From: Dehalococcoidia bacterium
GTDB taxonomy: Bacteria; Chloroflexota; Dehalococcoidia; E44-bin15; DAOWNJ01
Direction: 5' to 3'
Assembly: GCA_034435115.1 (NCBI GenBank)
Contig: DAOTXZ010000028.1
Coordinates: forward strand, 1-49,927
DNA length: 49,927 bases
The notes beneath the pieces are model-generated. The model searched no databases, was not told the origin of the DNA, and worked only from the letters and a program-made list of their open reading frames with translations. A program made the translations under genes and the position numbers. How positions within the stretch are numbered: the first letter of the stretch is position 1; the number at the start of each line of letters is the position of its first letter. Below, piece by piece: positions 44,104 to 49,927 of this stretch.

Positions 44104-45486
44104 ATGCACGAGAGCTGTGGCATCTTTGGGATATACGCCCCCGGCGAGGATGTCGCCAGGTTAACCTTCTTCGCGCTTTATGCCCTTCAACATCGAGGTC
44201 AGGAGAGCTCCGGCATCGCTACTGCGGATGGCGAGAGGATCTACCTGCATCGCAATATGGGGCTTGTCGCCCAGGTGTTTGACGAATCTGCTGTAGCTCA
44301 ATTGCGGGGGCATATTGCCATTGGGCACAATCGCTATTCCACTACAGGGTCAAGCCGCATCTTCAACGCCCAGCCCTTGCTCATAGATGAGGGTATTAAG
44401 ATAGCGGTGGGACATAACGGGAATATCGTCAACGCCGAATACCTTCGCCATGAACTTGAGGAGCAGGGTTACAAGTTTCAGACGTCCACAGATACCGAGG
44501 TCATTGCCTACCTTATAATCGCCTCCCCTGGCAAAACGCTGGTCGATAAGATTAGACACGCTATGGGCAGGCTGGAGGGGGCTTATTCCTTAGTCCTCCT
44601 CACCCCAAGCACCCTGATAGGGATCCGTGACCCCTTTGGAGTGCGCCCCCTATGTCTGGGAAGCCTGGGCAGGGGCTGGGTAATAGCATCGGAGACCTGC
44701 GCCCTCGCCCACATAGGGGCAAGCTTCTTGCGAGAGATAGACCCCGGAGAGGTTGTTGTCATCAATTCAGAAGGGGTTTCCAGCTTCACCGGAAGAAAAT
44801 CGCAGCGCAAGGCACTTTGTATCTTTGAGTATATCTACTTTGCTCGACCGGATAGTGTGATAAATGGCAGGCTCCTTTACCTGGCCAGGGAGAAGATGGG
44901 GGAAAGACTTGCCAGGGAGCACCCAGTAGATGCCGACTTAGTTATCGGGGTCCCCGACTCAGCCACAGCAGCGGGGATCGGCTATGCTCGTGCCTCAGGC
45001 ATCCCCTTTGGCGAGGGATTATTAAAGAACCGGTATGTGGGGCGAACCTTCATCGAGCCTGATCAGCGGATTCGAGATCTCGGGGTTGCCCTGAAGTTCA
45101 ACCCCCTCCCCGAGGTGCTTAAGGGGAAGCGACTTGTTGTCATTGACGACAGCATCGTGCGCGGCACCACCACTCCAAGGGTGATAAGCCTCCTCAGAAA
45201 GGCAGGGGCTGAGGAAGTACATATGCGCATCTGTGCCCCTCCCATCCGCTACCCGTGCTTCTTTGGGGTAGACATGGCTACAAGATGGGAGCTCATTGCC
45301 TCCCAGAGGACAGTACCAGAGATAACCAAATTTATCGGCGCCGATTCCCTGGGCTACCTCAGCATAGAGGGGCTCATCGAAGCAGTCGCCCTGCCCAAGG
45401 AGATCTTCTGCCTAGCCTGTTTCACCGGTGACTACCCGATCCCGGTGCAGCTTGAAATGGATAAGCTAGCACTGGAAACAATGTAG
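44104..45486 (+). CDS. purF: Amidophosphoribosyltransferase (Fe-S type with a short propeptide)
   Basis: MHES-CGIFGIY N-terminal nucleophile Cys, PRTase motif VVIDDSIVRGTT, and Cys ligands in CIFEYIYF and CLACFTGDYP. Confidence 0.93.
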   Translation: MHESCGIFGIYAPGEDVARLTFFALYALQHRGQESSGIATADGERIYLHRNMGLVAQVFDESAVAQLRGHIAIGHNRYSTTGSSRIFNAQPLLIDEGIKIAVGHNGNIVNAEYLRHELEEQGYKFQTSTDTEVIAYLIIASPGKTLVDKIRHAMGRLEGAYSLVLLTPSTLIGIRDPFGVRPLCLGSLGRGWVIASETCALAHIGASFLREIDPGEVVVINSEGVSSFTGRKSQRKALCIFEYIYFARPDSVINGRLLYLAREKMGERLAREHPVDADLVIGVPDSATAAGIGYARASGIPFGEGLLKNRYVGRTFIEPDQRIRDLGVALKFNPLPEVLKGKRLVVIDDSIVRGTTTPRVISLLRKAGAEEVHMRICAPPIRYPCFFGVDMATRWELIASQRTVPEITKFIGADSLGYLSIEGLIEAVALPKEIFCLACFTGDYPIPVQLEMDKLALETM

Positions 45487-45528
45487 CTTTTAACCAAAAA
45501 TAGCACCAGGTTTCTGGGGGAGTAGCTT

Positions 45529-46554
45529 TTGACACAGAGGAAAGGAAAATCGGATGCCTACGCCGCCGCCGGCGTGGACATCGATGCCGCAAATAGAACA
45601 GTTAACCTGATTAAGGAGCATGCCCGCTCCACGTTCGGCCCCAAGGTTCTGAGCGAGATAGGACTCTTTGGCGGGCTTTTCCAACTTTCAGGGTTTGACG
45701 AGCCGGTCCTCGTCTCAAGCGCCGATGGAGTGGGCACAAAATTGAAGATCGCCTGTGCCCTCGATAAGCACGACACCATCGGCATCGATCTGGTAAATCA
45801 CTGTGTCAACGACATCCTCACCCTGGGCGCTGAGCCTCTCTTCTTCCTCGACTATATTGCCATGGGCAGCCTCGTCCCTGAAAAGGTAGAGACCATCGTC
45901 AGAGGAATGGCAGCCGCCTGCCGTGAGGTGGGCTGTGCCCTTATCGGTGGTGAGACGGCGGAGATGCCCGGGGTCTATGCCGAGGGAGACTATGATCTTG
46001 TTGGATTTATTGTTGGGGTGGTGGAGAGGAAAAACATCATCGATGGGAGCCAGATAAAAGCTGGCGATGCCATCATCGGACTGCCCTCAAGCGGGCTTCA
46101 TACAAATGGCTACTCTCTGGTTCGGAGACTATTTCCCATTGAGCGCCCTGCCCTAGACACCCTTTACCAGGAGCTGGGACGCACCCTCGGTGAGGAGCTC
46201 CTTGAACCACATCGCTGCTATTATAGTTCGATAAAGCCAGTTCTCCCCATCCTTAAGGGCATGGCACACATCACGGGAGGAGGCATTATCGACAATCTGC
46301 CTCGTATCCTGCCCAGGGGTCTGGCAGCAAGAATAGAGAGAGGATCATGGCACATGCCCCCCATCTTCCCACTGATCCAAAAGCGGGGAAACATTGACGA
46401 GGGGGAGATGTATCACGTATTCAATATGGGGGTGGGAATGGCCCTGGTCTGCTCACCAGAGAACACCTCGAAGCTCATGGGCGAGCTTCCCGAGGCAAGG
46501 CTTATCGGGGAGGTGGTGAAGCACGGGAGGGGGGAGCGGGTGAGGATAGTATAG
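45529..46554 (+). CDS. purM: Phosphoribosylformylglycinamidine cyclo-ligase (AIR synthetase)
   Basis: YAAAGVDIDA, DGVGTK and GGETAEMPG motifs. TTG start after GGGGGAG. Confidence 0.93.
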   Translation: MTQRKGKSDAYAAAGVDIDAANRTVNLIKEHARSTFGPKVLSEIGLFGGLFQLSGFDEPVLVSSADGVGTKLKIACALDKHDTIGIDLVNHCVNDILTLGAEPLFFLDYIAMGSLVPEKVETIVRGMAAACREVGCALIGGETAEMPGVYAEGDYDLVGFIVGVVERKNIIDGSQIKAGDAIIGLPSSGLHTNGYSLVRRLFPIERPALDTLYQELGRTLGEELLEPHRCYYSSIKPVLPILKGMAHITGGGIIDNLPRILPRGLAARIERGSWHMPPIFPLIQKRGNIDEGEMYHVFNMGVGMALVCSPENTSKLMGELPEARLIGEVVKHGRGERVRIV

Positions 46555-46568
46555 TCGAAGAGGTTTTT

Positions 46569-48101
46569 ATGCGTGCTATATTAAGCGTTTATAACAAAGA
46601 GGGAATCGTTGATTTCGCCCGTGGCCTCTCTGAGCTAGGAGTAGACATATTCAGCACCGGGGGCACTAAAAAAGCACTCCAGGAGGCCAGGGTAAAGGTG
46701 CACTCTATCGAGGACCTGACTGGCTTCCCTGAAATACTAGATGGCAGGGTGAAGACCCTCCATCCTATGGTTCACGGCGGCATCCTTGCTCGCAGGGACA
46801 TCCGAGACCACATGGAGCAACTGGCAAGAAGCGGTATCGCCACCATCGACCTCGTGGCAGTCAACCTCTATCCATTCGTCCGGACTGTCTCAAGGGAGGG
46901 GGTGAGCCTTGAGGATGCGCTGGAGAATATCGATATCGGTGGCCCGACACTGATTCGAGCAGCAGCGAAGAACTTCCCTGATGTAATCATCATCGTAGAC
47001 CCCGCAGATTACCAGCCTGTCTTGGAACAGCTGCGTCGGGGCGAGGTAGACATAGAGAGTCGAAGAAGGCTTGCACAGAGGGCGTTTCAGCATGTCGCAA
47101 GCTATGATACCGCCATCGCCCAATATCTACGCCGGGGCGAGAGAGGCTTCCCCGAGGAGATGACCATCACCCTCAAGAAACGATATGATCTGCGCTACGG
47201 GGAGAACCCGCATCAGGAGGCTGCCTTCTATACCGAGGCTGTGGTGGGTGAGAAAGGGGAATCAGGCATAGCCATGGCAACCCAGCTCTGGGGCAGGGAG
47301 CTATCCTTCAATAACATCCTCGACCTCGATGCGGCGCTTAATGTGGTGGGCGAGTTCTCATCCCCAACCGTTGCCATCATCAAGCACAACAACCCCTGCG
47401 GGCTTGCCTGTCACGATGACCTTGCCGAAGCATATCGGCGCGCCCTTGCCGGCGACCCGGTGGCCGCCTTCGGTGGCATAGTGGGATCAAATAGGCCGAT
47501 CGACCTCCCTACCGCCAAGGAAATCTCAAAGACCCACTACGATGCCATCATCGCCCCCGAATATGACCCCGAAGCGCTCGCCCTGCTCAAGCGCAAGCGA
47601 GATCTCCGCATCCTCGCCTGCGGTTCCCTTGAGCCTGAGCGCCCCTATCTCGATTTTCGCAGGGTAAAGGGTGGCTTCCTCGTCCAGAGCTCCGATTCCC
47701 TTGCTGAAGAAAGGGCGAGCCTGCGCACTGTTACCAAGCGGCAGCCTACGGAGGGGGAAATGAAAGACCTTCTCTTCGCCTGGCGGGCGGTAAAGCATAT
47801 TAAGTCCAATGCCATAGCCCTCGCCAGGGATGGGGCGCTTATGGGAATGGGTGCCGGGCAGCCCAGCCGGGTGACCAGCGTAAGGATCGCCCTGGAAAAG
47901 GCGGGGGAGCGTGCCCGGAGCAGTGTGCTCGCCTCCGATGCCTTCTTCCCCTTCGCCGACGGGGTGGAACTGGCAGCTAGGGGAGGGGTTACCGCCATCA
48001 TTCAGCCCGGCGGCTCGGTAAGAGACGAGGAGGTTATCCAGACGGCTGACCAGCATAATATGGTTATGGTATTCACCGGAATCCGACACTTCAAGCACTA
48101 A
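46569..48101 (+). CDS. purH: Bifunctional AICAR transformylase / IMP cyclohydrolase
   Basis: ALLSVYNK-type N-terminus ([10 protein letters not shown]), TGGT, KTLHP and a C-terminal FTGIRHFKH. Confidence 0.95.
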   Translation: MRAILSVYNKEGIVDFARGLSELGVDIFSTGGTKKALQEARVKVHSIEDLTGFPEILDGRVKTLHPMVHGGILARRDIRDHMEQLARSGIATIDLVAVNLYPFVRTVSREGVSLEDALENIDIGGPTLIRAAAKNFPDVIIIVDPADYQPVLEQLRRGEVDIESRRRLAQRAFQHVASYDTAIAQYLRRGERGFPEEMTITLKKRYDLRYGENPHQEAAFYTEAVVGEKGESGIAMATQLWGRELSFNNILDLDAALNVVGEFSSPTVAIIKHNNPCGLACHDDLAEAYRRALAGDPVAAFGGIVGSNRPIDLPTAKEISKTHYDAIIAPEYDPEALALLKRKRDLRILACGSLEPERPYLDFRRVKGGFLVQSSDSLAEERASLRTVTKRQPTEGEMKDLLFAWRAVKHIKSNAIALARDGALMGMGAGQPSRVTSVRIALEKAGERARSSVLASDAFFPFADGVELAARGGVTAIIQPGGSVRDEEVIQTADQHNMVMVFTGIRHFKH

Positions 48102-48198
48102 ATCTCTATAAGATGAGCTTGAGGGCCGAATCATGGCCTACTACCCTCTCCTTAGCCCCAAGCTTTCCCCCCAAATCCCTGAATTGAAAAGGAGCTCC

Positions 48199-49464
48199 AT
48201 GTCGAAACCAGCGAAGCGCCGGGGGGTGTTTTACGGCTGGTGGATTGTCGCTGTGGGACTCCTGAGCCTCTTTCTAGCCGGCGGAATAGGGTTTTATACC
48301 TTCGGTGTCTTCTTTATCCCCCTCACCAACGAGTTTGGCTGGAGCAGGGCACAGCTATCGGTAGCCATGACGATCAGCAGCCTGATGTGGCTATCCGGTC
48401 CCATCGTGGGCACAGCGGTTGATAGGTATGGAGCAAGGATCGTGATGACCGCCGGAGCCCTGATTATGGGCACTGCCTTTGCCCTCCTCGGCCTGACCAC
48501 CTCTCTCTGGCAGTTCTATGCCCTCTTCTTCGCTATGACTATGGGGCAAATGGGCGTTTTGAACATCCCGGTCACCACGGTGGTCTCGAACTGGTTTACC
48601 GAGAGAAGGGGGCTGGCGATGGGGATTACAATAACCGGGTTCGGCCTTGGCGGTCTATTAATGGCACCACTAGCAAGCTACCTTATCTCCATCCTGGGTT
48701 GGAGGATGGCCTATCATGTCCTGGGTGTGGCTATCCTAGCTATCCTCACCCCGCTGGTCATATTGGCGGTCAGACACAGACCTGAGGAGAAGGGGCTTTT
48801 CCCTGATGGCAAGCTGCCTGAAGCAAAGGAGGGGCAAACGGAATCACGATTGGACAAGGCCCAGGTCGGCGTGAGCTTAAAAGAGGCACTGCGGATGTCG
48901 AGCTTCTGGCTCCTGGCTGCGGTTTTCATCTTCGGCTTTATGGGGACGGGCTCAGTGCTGCCCCACATCGTCCCGCTGTTCCAGGATAGGGGGGTGTCAG
49001 CTCAGGCAGCAGCGATGGTCCTGGGCTCTATTACCGGTGTAAGCATTCTCGGCAGGGTGGGGACAGGCTATCTATCAGACAGGGTGTCGGTAAGATACAT
49101 AACCATCACCCTCTTCCTCCTCCAAACAGTGGGGCTTGTCCTTCTGGCGGCTACAAGTTCAATGGTTTGGCTCTTTGCAATACTTTTTGGACTCTCATTG
49201 GGAGGGATGGCAGCCTTGGAGCCACTGCTGGTGGGGAGATATTTTGGTCTCGCCTCCTTCGGGAAGATAATAGGGAGCTTTTGGGCTGTCACCACCGTCG
49301 GGTGGGCCGCTGGACCTACCATCACCGGCTACATCTTCGATATTACCGGAAGCTACACCCCTGCCCTGCTCGCCTTCATCATCACCTCACTCCTCGCCGC
49401 AGCGCTCATGCTCTTCCTGCACCCCCCGCCCAGTAGCTTGACTTCTCACTTTCAGAAGGAATAA
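48199..49464 (+). CDS. MFS transporter (oxalate/formate antiporter-like subgroup)
   Basis: 12 hydrophobic segments and the D-R-x-G-A-R loop (VDRYGARI). AAAGGAG lies before ATG 48199. The ORF-track start at 48133 is an alternative. Confidence 0.85.
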   Translation: MSKPAKRRGVFYGWWIVAVGLLSLFLAGGIGFYTFGVFFIPLTNEFGWSRAQLSVAMTISSLMWLSGPIVGTAVDRYGARIVMTAGALIMGTAFALLGLTTSLWQFYALFFAMTMGQMGVLNIPVTTVVSNWFTERRGLAMGITITGFGLGGLLMAPLASYLISILGWRMAYHVLGVAILAILTPLVILAVRHRPEEKGLFPDGKLPEAKEGQTESRLDKAQVGVSLKEALRMSSFWLLAAVFIFGFMGTGSVLPHIVPLFQDRGVSAQAAAMVLGSITGVSILGRVGTGYLSDRVSVRYITITLFLLQTVGLVLLAATSSMVWLFAILFGLSLGGMAALEPLLVGRYFGLASFGKIIGSFWAVTTVGWAAGPTITGYIFDITGSYTPALLAFIITSLLAAALMLFLHPPPSSLTSHFQKE

Positions 49465-49478
49465 GATAATGTGTAGCT

Positions 49479-49927
49479 ATGGCTAGTGTCGTAGTCGTAA
49501 TTGATATGCTCAGGGGATTCCTCGAGGAGGGCAATCCTCTCTATTGCGGAGAGGGGGCTCGCCGGATTATTCCGAACGTGAGGAGGCTTCTAGAACGGGA
49601 GAGGGAAAGGGGCTCCCCCGTCTTTTATATTTGTGATCATCACTCCCCCGATGACCTTGAGTTTAGAATGTTTCCACGGCACTGCATAGAAGGAACCCCG
49701 GAGACTGAGGTCATCCCTGAGCTGGCAAGCATTCCCGGGGAGATAATCCCAAAAAGGCGTTACAGCGGCTTCTTCGACACCGATCTGGGGGAGAGACTGA
49801 GAAGGCTAAAGCCGGAGAAGCTTATCGTTTGTGGGGTGTGCACCGATATCTGCGTCTTGCATACAGTGGCTGATGCCCGGAACCGTGACTACACCGTTGA
49901 GGTCCCCGTTGATTGCGTTGCCTCTTT
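49479..49927 (+). CDS. Isochorismatase-family hydrolase (nicotinamidase-like); 3' end lies outside the window
   Basis: VVVIDM (Asp), IPKRRYSGF (Lys) and VCGVCTDICV (Cys) occur in the family order. The frame is open to the window end, so it is not in the ORF track. Confidence 0.8.
   Translation, partial: MASVVVVIDMLRGFLEEGNPLYCGEGARRIIPNVRRLLERERERGSPVFYICDHHSPDDLEFRMFPRHCIEGTPETEVIPELASIPGEIIPKRRYSGFFDTDLGERLRRLKPEKLIVCGVCTDICVLHTVADARNRDYTVEVPVDCVAS

Noticed and set aside
1-49927. CRISPR arrays, rRNA genes, intact insertion sequences or prophage, toxin-antitoxin pairs, and known defence-system signatures.
   Set aside because: No regularly spaced direct repeats, no rRNA-like conserved blocks, and no intact transposase, integrase or nuclease genes were seen while reading both strands.

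Overview
Gene-dense bacterial chromosome segment, apparently from an anaerobe. It carries bacterial rpoB/rpoC, sigma-54 and PyrR, many Fe-S proteins and an Mvh/HdrA-type hydrogenase. All family names come from motif recognition by eye; no searches were run.

Gene order:
(1) 1-5.4 kb: hdrA-like (5' end cut off), mvhD, mvhG, mvhA and a hydrogenase maturation protease.
(2) 5.4-11 kb, minus strand: a compact sigma-54 gene, a histidine kinase with an [FeFe]-hydrogenase-like Fe-S sensor, and an NtrC-type activator, all with overlapping stop/start codons. These are followed by a terminator, a near-consensus -24/-12 promoter, and a receiver protein with a duplicated 4-Cys module.
(3) tRNA-Asp, then a PyrR-attenuated pyrR-pyrB-pyrC-carA-(inserted ORF)-carB-pyrK operon.
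(4) About 1.1 kb with no convincing gene.
(5) 21.3-31.1 kb: a plus-strand island of poorly characterised metallocluster-type genes. These are a DUF134 regulator, a decayed DUF364-type gene, a ferredoxin, a DUF5320-like protein, a NifX-like protein, a Zn-ribbon protein, two MinD-ferredoxin ATPases, FmdB, a methyltransferase, a second NifX-like protein, TauE, an ABC-2 pair, Mrp/ApbC and IscU. Five consecutive proteins in this island carry Gly/Arg/aromatic or Gly/Met/Arg low-complexity tails.
(6) An IS remnant, then MoaD-ThiF-MFS on the minus strand, then tRNA-Glu.
(7) rpoB and rpoC (both with lineage-type insertions), a hydrolase, purF, purM, purH, an MFS transporter and a partial isochorismatase-family gene.

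The best candidates for an undescribed system are the low-complexity-tail metallocluster island and the sigma-54/hydrogenase-like-sensor module beside the hydrogenase operon. No CRISPR array, rRNA or intact mobile element was seen.
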